From contig NW_003314292.1 of the NCBI RefSeq assembly GCF_000143415.4, forward strand, positions 1,433,498 to 1,497,497: DNA of 64,000 nucleotides. The letters run 5' to 3'. Origin of the DNA: Selaginella moellendorffii. Lineage: Eukaryota; Plantae; Lycopodiophyta. A model generated the notes under the pieces. The model saw only the letters and a list, made by a program, of their open reading frames with translations. It was not told where the DNA came from and did no database searches. A program made the translations under genes and the position numbers. This document shows, one piece after another, positions 1 to 11,971 of the stretch (its first letter is position 1; each line of letters opens with the position of its first letter).

Positions 1-396
1 GTGAAGGTGCTAGCATCACAATTTCACCAGACAAGACAGTTAAACTAAGTGCTCTTTGCTATAATTTTCAAGGTGACCAATGACTTTCAAACTTTATCTT
101 AAATGACATTCTAAGAGCAGAAAATGGTCGAATGATATGTTAGAATACTGTTTTTTATTGTTTAAGATATAAAATTTAGTCGAAATACTTTAGAATTGTT
201 TTTCTCTATTTCGTTTGTAATCAAGATTTATACTTATTAAAATTGATACAAAAGAACAGTGACTCCGCTGGCGCACAGCATGACGAGATGGACTGACGCT
301 GCTTTCCGGAATCCTTTTCCACACAGATGACCGCAAATTAGCACTGGCCGAGCCTTCATGCCCCTTAAAGCTGGCGCTCAATTTCAACTTACACGA

Positions 397-780
397 TCAC
401 GCATGGGCTGCCGGTGGATTGGAGCTGGAGTTTTGCAAAGAGGGAGAAATTGGCACTGGGTGTAGTTTTGCAGGAGCTGATCCGCCAGAACCAAGGCCAC
501 CATCGCCTCCAGCTGTAAGAAATTGATCGCATTCACGAAATCCACAAAAGGAGAACAGTTTCTTGAATATTACCTCGACACATGATCATCACGACCAGCT
601 CGCAGCTCGGTACTTTCTTTTGGAATTTCTGTGAGAAGCAAGCAAGCAAGCAAAATCAATGATGGCGAAAGAAAATTTCTGAGAGCCTACAGACGTCAGC
701 TTGAATGCTATTCTCGTCACTATCGTCTCTCCATTTGAAATTCCTCCCTGCATGAAGTGTTCACAAGCTTGAGAAGAAAA
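397..780 (-). pseudogene. Chorismate synthase 3' fragment
   Basis: Minus strand encodes AMVALVLADQLLQNYTQCQFLP, which matches the plant chorismate synthase C-terminus. It is collinear with 8413-8770, but the RHDPCVVPR motif is degenerate. Confidence 0.7.
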
Positions 781-1289
781 AGAGAGGGATTTATGTTCCA
801 GATCAAAGTATTTCCTGCGAAAGAATAGTTCTCAAGCATCGTAAACTTTGTCATATGTTTCGATCACACCTAGCATCCCTCAACCAATCCAGTGCGAATG
901 CAGGCAATATTTCATCGAGGCAGCAGCTCCACGCTCGTGTTCTCATGTCATAGGACATTCTTGATCCAAGCTTATGGCAAATGTGATACCGCAAGCAGTC
1001 CTATTTGTGACCGATGGAGCAAGAACAGATCCTCCAGCCTCAGTGGACAGAGTCATTTAATTTCTAAATTTATAGTTAAATTTTTTATAGTTGTCAAGTT
1101 AAAAATTATTATTTTGGCTAATAATTCAAAATATATAAGTCATTTATATGCTTACTAGTGAAGTATAAGTAGTTCAATCAAATTAAGTTTAAAATAATTT
1201 TCTTCTATTTCAGCCATCTAAAAAATACTTTATAGTAGAATAACTATTTGAAATTGTTGTGCAAGCTTCACTTAATAATTGCTAAGAGG

Positions 1290-2537
1290 TGCACTGTTCA
1301 TCATCCCACTCACCATTACATCGAAGTTTGCTGCACTGCAGCCACCACCACTCTCACGAGCCATAAAGATCGGTGCCAGAGCCTTCCTGCTAGGCTGGAT
1401 GGACACCGGAAGCCATAGTAGAGCCTGTGGCCCAGGAGATTGTTGAAAAAGTTATGTCCGAGAGCAAGCACACCATATAGTCCGCCGCCGCTCCCAGCAG
1501 CCCTCTCCCTTCGGCCTGGACAGCTTCCAGCCCCTCCTGAGCAGTGACAGTGGTGCGATTCTCTGGATTTACAGTGGCTGCCTGAACCTCTTGCTGCGAG
1601 GTAGAGGCCCGTCGATTTGTCGAGGCCCATTGCCTTGAGGACGACTTCTCCGGTGGACACTTCCCGCCTCTCGTTGTAGACGAGGCGCTTCTTGGCAAAG
1701 TTTTGCTCTCGGTACTTTCATAGTATCTCTTGTTCTTCCGGTTTGAAGATGGCAAGGCACCTAAGAGAAGCTTGTCAGTGCGAAAGTCAAAAGTAAGTAC
1801 CCATCTAGAATCGGAGAAAGTGGCGGAGCCTGCTCATGATCTGGTTGCTCAGCAACATAACGTCCGGTTTGAAACGAGTCTTGACATCGTGTCTAAGCGA
1901 TTTGATAAAGTGTTCTGAATCATAAATGCCTCTGCAACATCAAAAACAACTGTTTGCTCTTTATCATAACCAAGGAAGAGAGCAAAAGATAAAAGTGTTA
2001 GCATCCTACTCTGGCAACACAAGCGTTGCATGCATTATCCTCGCTGCCAAATTGCATTGCAAATCTGCAAAGCCACAACGATGAAGTTGGAAATAAAAAG
2101 CAAGGAAAATAGAATGCCTCTTACGACACTGCGCTGTTGGTTACACCACAATGGCACCGAACTACAAGATAGCCATTGCTTTTCTTGGGAGGGGCTGCAA
2201 GATAGTTCACTCAAGTACTTTTGCGGCCAAAAAGATCTGGAAGCCGAGGAAGGCCTCCAGCCAGAAGAAGAAGAGCTTGTCCAAAGAGAATCACATCAAT
2301 CAGCTAAAAAAAAGGCGAACGCTTAAAACCAAGGAGCAAGGAAATCGAGAGGAATGCTTACATGCGACCGAACGATGACACCATCTTGCTGCAATTGCGA
2401 GACCAGCGTACACAGAAGCAGCACCAGGCCAGAGATGGACAATCGACCAGCAAATCCCATCATACTGGCAGTCACTTGCTTCCATTGCCTCTGGCCCCTT
2501 CTTACGCTCCACCCGCGAGAGAACGCTCATCATCGTA
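1290..2537 (-). pseudogene. Decayed inverted copy of the O-fucosyltransferase gene at 14.5-16.6 kb
   Basis: Peptides [36 protein letters not shown] and [13 protein letters not shown] lie in different frames. Introns are retained and there are many deletions. Confidence 0.85.
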
Positions 2538-3962
2538 TGGTTTGATTATTCTGGTATATGAGCTTATAACAATCATTGCTCGCTCTAAGACATAGGTGCT
2601 AGCTACTGCCCCAGGGGATCTAGGCATTGGCAAGACGAGATACTAATGTTGGGTATAAATAGTTGGTGGTTTTTTCCATTACAAAGAATCTAATAATGGC
2701 CGTTCCAATCCAACGGTCAAGATGCTAAAAAGCTAGTCTTGAAATGGCTATTTCGGGCGAGAGGAGGAGGGATTGTCCCCCAAAGGGTGAATATGAGCTT
2801 GCTGATATCTATCAGGGTGGAAGCTTGGTCGTCACTGGATTATATGGTTCTTTCTGAATCTCGTTAGTCACTGCTACACTGTGATATGCTCAACCCATTG
2901 CACGAGGATGGCAATTTTTGGGAGCAGGTGTTGCGCTTGTCTATGCGCTACTGGTTCATGTCTACATGCTGGAGTCTCGAAATTCTGCGAAGGATATAGA
3001 CGAACTCAAGACGCAACAGCTCGACATGCACGTTATTGAGGCTATTCAAGACAAGGCTATTGGAGCTTTGGAGAAATTTGCTGAGGCAACAGGAAATGAT
3101 TTACCAGCAGATATGAAAAGCCTGAAGCCAGAATATATTAAGCTTTTTAACCAATACTAGGAACTGACATTTAAGAAATTTAGATTATGAATAATAATCA
3201 CATTTTTTTATATATTTGAATTAATATATATTAAATTCAGTTTTTTTTATTAGCCTATAGGAGTGGATATACTTAAAATATGCTTGGTGATTTTTTAACA
3301 TCATAGATTAATTTTATAAATTTTCCTTGATATAGGATTAATCTAAATTACAAACATGTTTATAATTATAAACTTCTACTTGACACTAAAAAAACTGTTA
3401 TTAAAATATGTTTTGTCAATTTTTATTAATTTTTAATAACTATAGTTTCGATAAAAATTCAATATCTTTTGGAAAACTTTGCTAATTTTTAAAATGTAAT
3501 TTTAGTAAAAGTTTATTAACAATTAATAACTATAAAATTATTAGTGAATGTAACAATAGAGATCTGAATTTCATATAAAACTTAAATTTATTCACAAAAT
3601 TTAATTTGAATTAGGTGATCTTTAAGTGAAAATAATGATACACTTACAAATAATTTTCTATAATAGTGATAAAATATTAATAAAAAAAAGGTTCTAAATT
3701 TTACTTAATAAGTTGCATGCCACTTATGATATAATATTCATCATTTGAAGAGGAGAGCATGGTGATACATGTGAAGAAAAGTCAATTACTTTAGCACATT
3801 TTTAATAAAATTATTAAAATAAAAATTAAATGTTTATTTTATATATAATTTTTTTACCATTTTAGAAATAACTAATATAGTTAAAATACTATAAAAATTC
3901 CTATATAATAAAGAAATTTGGATTGCATTGTCTGTTTACTCTTGTTCTATCATTAAATGTAG

Positions 3963-3967
<5 letters not shown>

Positions 3968-4003
<36 letters not shown>
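3968..4003. repeat. (TA)n microsatellite
   Basis: Directly visible TA run of about 36 bp within an AT-rich block. Confidence 0.95.
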
Positions 4004-4004
<1 letters not shown>

Positions 4005-5644
4005 CTTACTAGTCAGATGTGAAATATAATACTAAGCAACTATTAATTAAATAACTTTAAGATTCTAAAACTTATTTTTTGGTTCCAACTATATTCTAGG
4101 ATTTTCATTAATCCAATCAGTTTCTAAGTCTGGCATAAATCAAAATTTTAATAATTCAGCTATAGAGGTGCCAGGACTAAATCAAGTTTTCTCTAATATT
4201 GCATGTAACAAACAAAAACTAACTTGTAGGGAGGAAACAATTGAATTATGGTTTGATTGATATGATAACTAAAGTGGATAAAAATTAGCCAAATCTTTTG
4301 AATTTGTGGGAGATTTTTAAGACAGAGAAATCTAGAAGTTTCACTAGCAAAGTATATTCATGGTGAAGACAAAGGATCTTGGAAATGACAAACATCATTG
4401 TAGTGGGAGATTAGAATCTTGATAGGAAAGAATCACAGTGGGAGGATATATAGTAAAAGCATGTAAAACAAACTCAAATGTAGTTAGAAATGTTAGCACA
4501 TTACAATATGAGCTTGGAGGATAAAAGCCTGAGGATGGAGTGATGGGAGCCTCACCCCTTATATAATAACAATTATAACCCTTTGATCTTAAGAATAAAG
4601 TTCAATCTTTTTTAGAAAAAGAATGTTCTTTGAGAGGAATTTCTTTGTAGCTTGACTGTAGTTTAGGTGTTCCAAGCTTGTAGTAGCAATCTAAGTGTGA
4701 TGGAAGAAGTTCTAGAGTGTCTGAAGAGGATTTCAAGCTCATCCCACCTTTCTAGTGTTGCAGGGAAGGAATTTTGGAATTTTTTGCAATTGAAAATATA
4801 GTGATCTCGATTGCTAGAAGTCTTCATAGAGTTCTCTAGTGAGTTGAAGTGGTTCGAAGCAAGTCTTAGTGCAATAGAAAACTCATCATCTTTTTGGGTG
4901 AGCCCGGTTTGGAGAATTTTGATGTGCATTGTAAACAGTTGCAGATTAACCTAGGCATGTTTGAGAAAAGAGTAATGCATGAGAGAGGGATAAAGGCCAT
5001 TCCTATCATGGCAAGGAAGCTAGAATTACTGGAGAATTTGATCTCTTAATGTTGCAAACTGGTGGGTAAAATTCTGTTGCAAGAAGGCCCTTGGAGCTAC
5101 AATTGGCAAGTTAAATGAGCTCAAGAGCAGCTAAGGTGAGAGGAAGAAGAACAGAAGAGAACATCCTAATGCAAACATATAAACTTCTAGTGTATAGGTG
5201 TTCTAATCCACATGATATAACAAGATTAATCCAAGATCCAAGGAAATCTGCATGGCATCTATATAGATAGGTTCCCATGATTCTTAAACAAACTTATATA
5301 TCCAGGTGAAAACCATGATCTAGCTAGCAACATGTATGATTGCCAAAAATAATCCCACCCTTTTGCAGTGTTGCACAATTTTGATCAAAAGAAGACGCAA
5401 ATGCAGAAGCAGCGTAAATGGAAAATCTTTCAGCTGGACTAGCTAAAACAGATGATGAACTTTATGAAGTCGCTACATCCGCTAAACTATCACGTTCTTT
5501 GCTTGCTCGAACTCTTGTTATCATTTGGATGGCCGTGAAGTATGAATGTTCTATAACTTGAATTTGCAAGTGATTAACAATATTAATAGGGATTACTAGC
5601 ATGATTACCAATCTTTGGCTAGAATTTTCGAGTGGATAGTCCAA

Positions 5645-6965
5645 GATTTTAGGGTTCTTGCAAGAGGTACCGCGTGCGCCTCATTTGATGCGCTCTTGTT
5701 TCTCCTCGCTTGGGGCCTAAGGGACTGCCACGATTGTCCATCTCTGGCCTCCTACTGTGGTCATCGTTCAGTCTCATGTAAACATTCCCTTTAACTATTG
5801 ACCTCATTTTGTTTTTCTTTAGGCAGATTGATGTGAATTTCTCGCCTCCCAGATCTTCGTAAGTACTTGTCCAGAGTTTTTTTTTCATATCTTTTACTTT
5901 GACTTAGTGGATTCTCTTGCAGCCCCTCCCAAGAAAAGCGGGCTTAACCAGCAGCGCGGTGCCGTAAGAGAAATTTCGTTTGCGTTGCTTTTTTTCGATG
6001 AGTCTTCGCTGATTTGTAATGCAGTTTTGGCAGCAAGGATAATGAATTCAACGCTTGTGTTGCCGGTAAAAGGTCCTATCTTTTGCTTTCTCGTCGTTGA
6101 TTATGATAATGAGCAAACAGTTGTTTTCTTAAGTGGTTTTGCTGGCATTTATGATGTAGAACACTTTATCGAATCGTTTAGACAGCGACGTCCTTCCTCG
6201 ACAAGAAGAAGAAAAAGATAAAGGCTTTCCAGGTTGGTTACTCGTTCTTTCAAACCAACGTCGGAACTCTTGTCTGCTGTGATCGCACCCTCCAAGTTCG
6301 TACGAGACCGAAGCGCTGGCTAAGATGAAACAGCACGGTGCGATATATCTCACTCCCTTTTCCCATCGCCTAGCCGAAGAGATTCCAAACGCCGAGTAAA
6401 CTTCCACGCACTGCGTTTCAAGCCGGACGTTGTGCAGCTGAGCAACCAGATCGTGAGCAGGCTCCGCGCTGAAGGCCACTTCATGTCCATCCATGCTTGC
6501 ATTCGCTGGGTACGTACTTTCTTCTTTCGCATTCTTTCTCCACCGACAAGCTTATCTCAGGTGCCTCGCCGTATTCAAACCGAAAGAGCAGGAGATACTA
6601 CAACGAGAAGCGCTTGAAGAGGTCGGTCTCATTCTCCAGGCAATGGACTTGGACAACTCAACGCGCGACATCTTTGGAGGCGAGAGAATCGTCGCCTGGA
6701 GAACCGCACTACCGTCGCTGCTCCGGAGGAGCTGGAAGCTGTCCAAGCCGAGGGGAGAGGACTTCTGGGACCGACGGTGAACTACCCGGTGTGCTTGCTT
6801 GCTCTCGGACATCTTGATGAGAGGCGTGATGAGCGGTGGAACGTCGGGTGAGTTCCGACCCGCTTTGCACGAATCCCTGGCTGGCGAGAGGTGCCGTGCG
6901 AACACCAGCATGAATATCACTGCTTTGGACGGGGGATCAAACGCGTCCTTTGGGACGATGTGGAT
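5645..6965 (+). pseudogene. Second decayed copy of the O-fucosyltransferase gene, including its promoter
   Basis: Collinear with 14320-16580, starting at the shared ttttagggttcttgc. Introns are kept; it has frameshifts and internal deletions. Confidence 0.88.
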
Positions 6966-7079
6966 TATCCGGGAAAAGGTAAACGATTTGTTCACAAAAC
7001 TCTACCACATGTAGAGAAAAAAAAGAACCGATCGCGAATTCTACACAGTAAGCAGTCGAGAAATGCACCTTAAAAACCA

Positions 7080-8281
7080 CTAAGTGTTAGAAAGTAAAAG
7101 AAACAATCTCACATACCCGATGGAGAGGAGCACCAAGGCCAAGCCGCTTGCAATTCCATTTAACCACTATTATAAGCAAAACGGACTTGTTATTTTATAT
7201 CGCTATTCGTAAACCTTACCTTCATATTCTTGTTCTTGGTCACATGACCATGATACGCCCACAGAGCACGGCAGCAGAATGCAACCAGAGACATGGCCAC
7301 GTTGACAGTAGGCAGTCGTCCATAATAGGCTGCGAACTACATGAAAAGTAGGAAAAGAAAACGTTTAGAAACCAAGAGAAGAAAATAGAAAACTTATACT
7401 CCCAGGGGCGATGCTGTGGAGAGTAGTGTGGTCGCAATGCCGATGTAACCCACAAGCTCCCAAGTAGGAAAGAAGAGGTCCAAAAGCCCGAAGGAAACAT
7501 ACCACGCTGTGACGATCACCGGGGGCCAGAGGAAGCTGCCAGAGGTGTGGACAGTGTAGAGTATCTCCACCAGCGTTCCAAACTTGTTCACTGCACAAGT
7601 TACAAGATCCCCACTGAGAAAGCAGGTAGTGCAGTTAAAAGCTGCAACAAACATTGAAAACATTTAGAGTTGAAGAAAAACTAACTTAGAATTAGAAAAA
7701 AAACCAGCAAGGCCAAAGACGACCAGGCTCTCGATCACGCTCACGCTCTGGATGTCCATCCCGACAGGCCCAAACATAGCACCCGAGATGAGAGGCATCA
7801 GAAGAAGTAGAAGAGACAGTACAGCAGCCAAAAACTTTCTGGTGGTGAATTCCTGGAAATCCCTGTGGCTGTGAATCTCGTTGTGGCAAAGAACGAAAAG
7901 AATGAAATGTACCTCCTGCGCCTGAAGCTGGCGCTGATTCCCTGGCTCCTGCTGGGGCGGCCGATCCTCCTGGCGCTGTCAATGAATCATGTTTGTGTCA
8001 AAGAAAGAAAACAAGAAAATGTAGCTACCTGAAGCTGGCGCTGATTCTCCTGGCGCCGATCCTCCCGGCCCCGATCCCCTGGCAGCAGATTCTCCTGGCG
8101 CCGATCCCCTGGCAGCCGATTCTCCTGGCGCCGATCCTCCTGGCGCCGATCCTCCGGGGGCAGATCCTGGCGAAATTTCAGGCAGGAAACCTAAGCGTGG
8201 ACATACCTGAGGATTCTCATCATCGGGCAGGGGAGGATTCTCCAGATCCTCCTGGCGCCTGGGGAGAAGAGGCTCCTCCAT
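7080..8281 (-). CDS. Divergent SWEET/MtN3-like membrane transporter with an N-terminal DRRQE-repeat extension (7 exons, about 290 aa)
   Basis: Hand splicing at GT-AG sites gives one open frame: MEEPLLPRRQED..|DLPPEDRRQEDRRQE..|RQEDRPP..|..FLAAVLSLLLLLMP..LVVFGLA|AFNC..VNKFGTLVEILY..LVGYIGIATTLLSTASPLG|..MSLVAFCCRALWAYHG..|WLNGIASGLALVLL. The motifs resemble SWEET LNC, INxxG, ASPL and PNGxG, and the intron positions are SWEET-like. Confidence 0.6.
7915..8170 (-). repeat. Degenerate 15-bp tandem repeat (GATCGGCGCCAGGAG on the minus strand)
   Basis: Repeated ctcctggcgccgatc units on the plus strand; they read as DRRQE in the spliced frame. Confidence 0.85.
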
Positions 8282-8412
8282 TGCTCCAAGATTTTGGCTA
8301 GGGTTCTACGCAATCCCTCCAAGTTTTCTTTGGGAAAAATTTGGCGCTCGAATTCAAGTTAAAAAATAAAAAATAAAAAAAATGGCAAGCGAGACGTTCT
8401 TCCTTCGGTGGA

Positions 8413-10269
8413 TTAGAGACGAGGGTGGAGCTCTGCCAGAGGGAGAAATTGGCACTGCATGTAGTGTTGGAGGAGCTGATCCGCGAGAACCAAGGCCACC
8501 ATCGCCTTGGACACCATTGGAACAGCTGCAAGAAATCGATTGATGAGCATTCACGAGAGGAGAAAGGATTCCTGGATGTTACCTCGAGGAACGACGCAGG
8601 GATCATGACGAACACGAGCTCTTCTTGCCGGTCTCTCATTCCAGTCTCTTGGAATTTCATGCCAGCTCAGTGAGAATCGAAGAACTTTACAGTGATTGTA
8701 GACGTCGGCTTGAATGCTATTCTCATCACTATCGTCTCTTCTTCCCTGCATGACTTGTTCACAAGTTGAGGAAAAAACAGAAAGGAGATCCTGTCTAGAA
8801 ACCCATGAGATTCCTTCATACTTCTTGTGTGTGTAGACAGAAAGGTCTCAAACATTGCAAAGGGAGATTTCCATCTTGTGTTACCTTCAAAGTCAAAGCC
8901 TTTGGTGGCAGGGAAAGACATGAGAGCCTTGGCGAGCTCGGCTTCTAGCTTGTCAAGAACAGGAGCCCCAAGTCCCTGAAAGTAGACAGAAGGTTGATCA
9001 ATACAGCTTTGCGTGAATGCGGGAGTAGATTTCTTACCCGAGGAACGTTTCTAGCAATGCAAGTGACGACTCCTCCCACGGAATCTCCCCTCACTCTCAC
9101 AGCGTCGATGGCAGCGATCGTTTTTTCCGCCATAACTTGATCCGGATGTTGCTCTCCACCGGGAATTACGAACACCAAGGAAATATAAAAGCACAAACTG
9201 TTTGCGATTGTCCCCGCTGCTACTCTTTCTCGGGTGGATGATCTTCTTCCAAGAGAGTTTGCGAGGAAACGTTTAGATTTAACCTGGACGGCTACTTGAA
9301 TCCGTAAGTAGCATCGGCATGAGATGGCCGCTAGATAAGCTAGAGCCAATCCTGCAGAATACCTCACATTAAGTTCCAGCGTCTCATTTACTTTCTTCCG
9401 TTAACGAAAACTTACTCTTCTACGTTGATCCGTGTTTGGAACTAGAACAGCAATAGGAGTCCCCAGTGTCCATTCCTATGAGAAAGAGATTGGTAAACTT
9501 ACAGAAGAAAAGAAAAGCAAGAAGCTACATTACCTTGTGCCACGCCAGAGAGAAATTTGCAAGTGCCTGTTTCCTTCCTTGGAGTTGTGATCCGACTTTG
9601 GCCCGGCCTCCTGTTCGTTGAGAAATGAAGAGAATAAGCAACTTACAATGAAGACACAAAGAACACAGTACTTCGTAACAAACAACGAAAGAACATACAA
9701 AGGACACGCAAAGAGTAACACGAAGAACTACACAAAAAGAAGTCAAAGTAAAAGGAAACAAAACAGTAGAAAGAAAACCTTCTGTCTAGATCCCTCCTCG
9801 GTGAGATTGAGCGCCGGAGGGCATCCAACGATGGCACATCCAACTCCTCCACCGTAAAAGTTGTAACGCGGAACAAAGGCATTTCCCACGCCAGCACGAA
9901 CTTCTGTCAAAGAAAAAAATATCTAGTGTATAGCTTGCGCAGCTAATCCATGGTTATCCAAGTAACCATCCAGATCCTCAACAAGAAAAATGAGGAAGAA
10001 GACGAACGTTGAACGTCTGGAAGAGCACGAAGACATAAGAATGTTTAAGTGTATGGCTATCACCACGTCCAAGAAAGAAACGATCTATCTCAAGCAAGCA
10101 GTCACCGCATTTCCAATCAAAAAAATCCATCGTTCTTCCAAGAAATCCCATCGTTCTAAGAAATCCAAGCAAAACAATGGAAGAACTAAGTACCTGGCAA
10201 GGAGAGGCATGAGAAGGCTACTGGGAGAGGCTGCCAAGTGTGAGCGCTTTCCTCCTTGATCACCGCCAT
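8413..10269 (-). pseudogene. Chorismate synthase pseudogene (5' boundary uncertain)
   Basis: Signature peptides FRVTTF, RPGQSRITTPRKE, AAIDAVRVRGDSVGGVVTCIARNVPR, DKLEAELAKALMSFPATKGF, RHDPCVVPR and MVALVLADQLL are present, with frameshifts and missing segments (for example GESH after FRVTTF). Confidence 0.85.
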
Positions 10270-10329
10270 GGCGCTGCTGGCCACGCCGCCCAGCTCCTAG
10301 CGCTGACAACCCTAGCGGTGGCCCTCCGC

Positions 10330-10430
10330 TACCAGCTCCAGCGATCCAGTGTGGCTCCACGCGAAGAGCACGCACCAGAATGTGGCGTCGGGCGCGCAGC
10401 CGTCCAGCGCCATGGATTCCACGCGATCAT
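10330..10430 (-). pseudogene. Short PPR gene fragment
   Basis: MALDGCAPDATFWCVLFAWSHTG resembles the PLS-PPR M..G..PD..TF..VL.ACSH.G motif. The DNA resembles 39587-39650. Confidence 0.5.
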
Positions 10431-10678
10431 CAACAACATTGCGAACTGTTTGGTCGATTTGATTGAAGAATGCCTTCTTTTCTTCGCCTACGAGAAGATA
10501 CTTATACTACATACAGTGTTCCAACAACAGAGATCACATTTCACGTTTTTTTATTACATTTTTCCACGTAGCCACATGTGATGAAATACGCAAACCAAAC
10601 CATGGCAGTTGGTTTGATATATGAGCTAATAACAATCATTGCTCGCTCTAAGACAGAGGTTATTAAGCTGCTACATGC

Positions 10679-11700
10679 CTACGAAAGTAGCATCAATGCT
10701 CCTCTAGTTCGACCATCACTACATTTGAGGAAAGAAAGTGTAACATATTTAGCCGTAAGCTTACAATATTCTGGCTTCAGGCTTTTCATATCTGCTGGTA
10801 AATCGTTTCCTGTTGCCTCAGCAAATTTCTCCAAAGCTCCAATAGCCTTGTGCTGAGTAGCCTTGTCAAATCGTCGTTTATCAGACAGCCATACATGATT
10901 GTCTTCTTTCGACCCACGGTATTCAACATAATCGCTGTTCAAAGAACTAAATCAAAATTCCATGAAATGCCACCGGGAGATAACTACACACCTTTCTTAC
11001 ATACATTGGTTTGAAGATCTCCTTAGCCTGCTTGATATGAAGTACCATTTAAAAACCGTGAAGAGAAACCGAAAAAAACTCCATACCTCAATGAGAGTGA
11101 CATGAACAATTTCCTTGACATGGGAATCCTCATCGTGCACGTCACATCTAATGAATTTGCTCAGCTCATTGCTGAACTCAACGCCAGCAATATAAAGATC
11201 GTTGACATGAAATCAGAACAATCTCATACCCGAAATCTGGATAGAGAAAAAGTTGGGACACAATGCCAAAACCTCTCTTTCTTTGATTGGAATTGGAACA
11301 CCTGTGAAAAAGCTGAGAAAACCATCGTAAAAAACAAACAAATTTGAAAGTTGGCCATACCAAGAATGTAAGAGAAGAAGAAGAAGACGCCAGCAGATGT
11401 TTCTGGCATGGGGAACTTCTCGGAGAAGGCTAGCCACGACAGTGTCAGAAATAGAACTATATAACAAAGAGAAAGCAAAATATTGATTGGGAACAGCCTG
11501 TGAACCATAGAATTCGGAATTGACAACTGCAAAAACAAAAAGAGCGTAGAGATTTACTTGGCAGTGATAATGCAGGACAAAAAGAGATAGAGAGGGAGAG
11601 CATTCCCATCAATGGTTATCAACCACCAGCTCCAGAGAAACTAATAGAATAGAATAAAAAGGAGCAATGCTCCAAAGCAACTCAATTATAATCACCCTCT
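10679..11700 (-). other. Probable spliced gene or pseudogene for an unidentified hydrophobic protein
   Basis: Hydrophobic ORF pieces and GT-AG sites are present, and an 86-bp part is also found at 3051-3136. No family recognised. Confidence 0.3.
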
Positions 11701-11971
11701 CGTATTGCGTCCGGCCCCAGTCTCGCCCTTGCCAATCACTTTGGAGGATCTGAAAATCTAAGAAATCCCAAATTATCTATATATATATAGATATTGTTTT
11801 GATAGTCCCAACTGATTGATGGATGCAAAAATGCTATCGTTTTAGCGTCTACTATAAACGTTGTCCACGTGTCCTCATCTGAACCGTCCGGAAAAAAAAG
11901 AATTTAAATTGGAATGTAGGGCCAACTTGACCACTTAAAGGTATAAAGTTCTCCCATATCGATCAGGAGCT

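Noticed and set aside
3160-3960. Very AT-rich block as a MITE
   Set aside because: No terminal inverted repeats identified.
4100-5450. Possible LINE or other retroelement remnant
   Set aside because: Composition is suggestive, but I found no convincing RT or endonuclease motif, termini or target-site duplication.
7979-8281. GSAPG-repeat ORF and the opposite-strand ILLAP-repeat ORF
   Set aside because: Splice phases support the DRRQE frame; these ORFs are alternative frames of the same 15-bp repeat.
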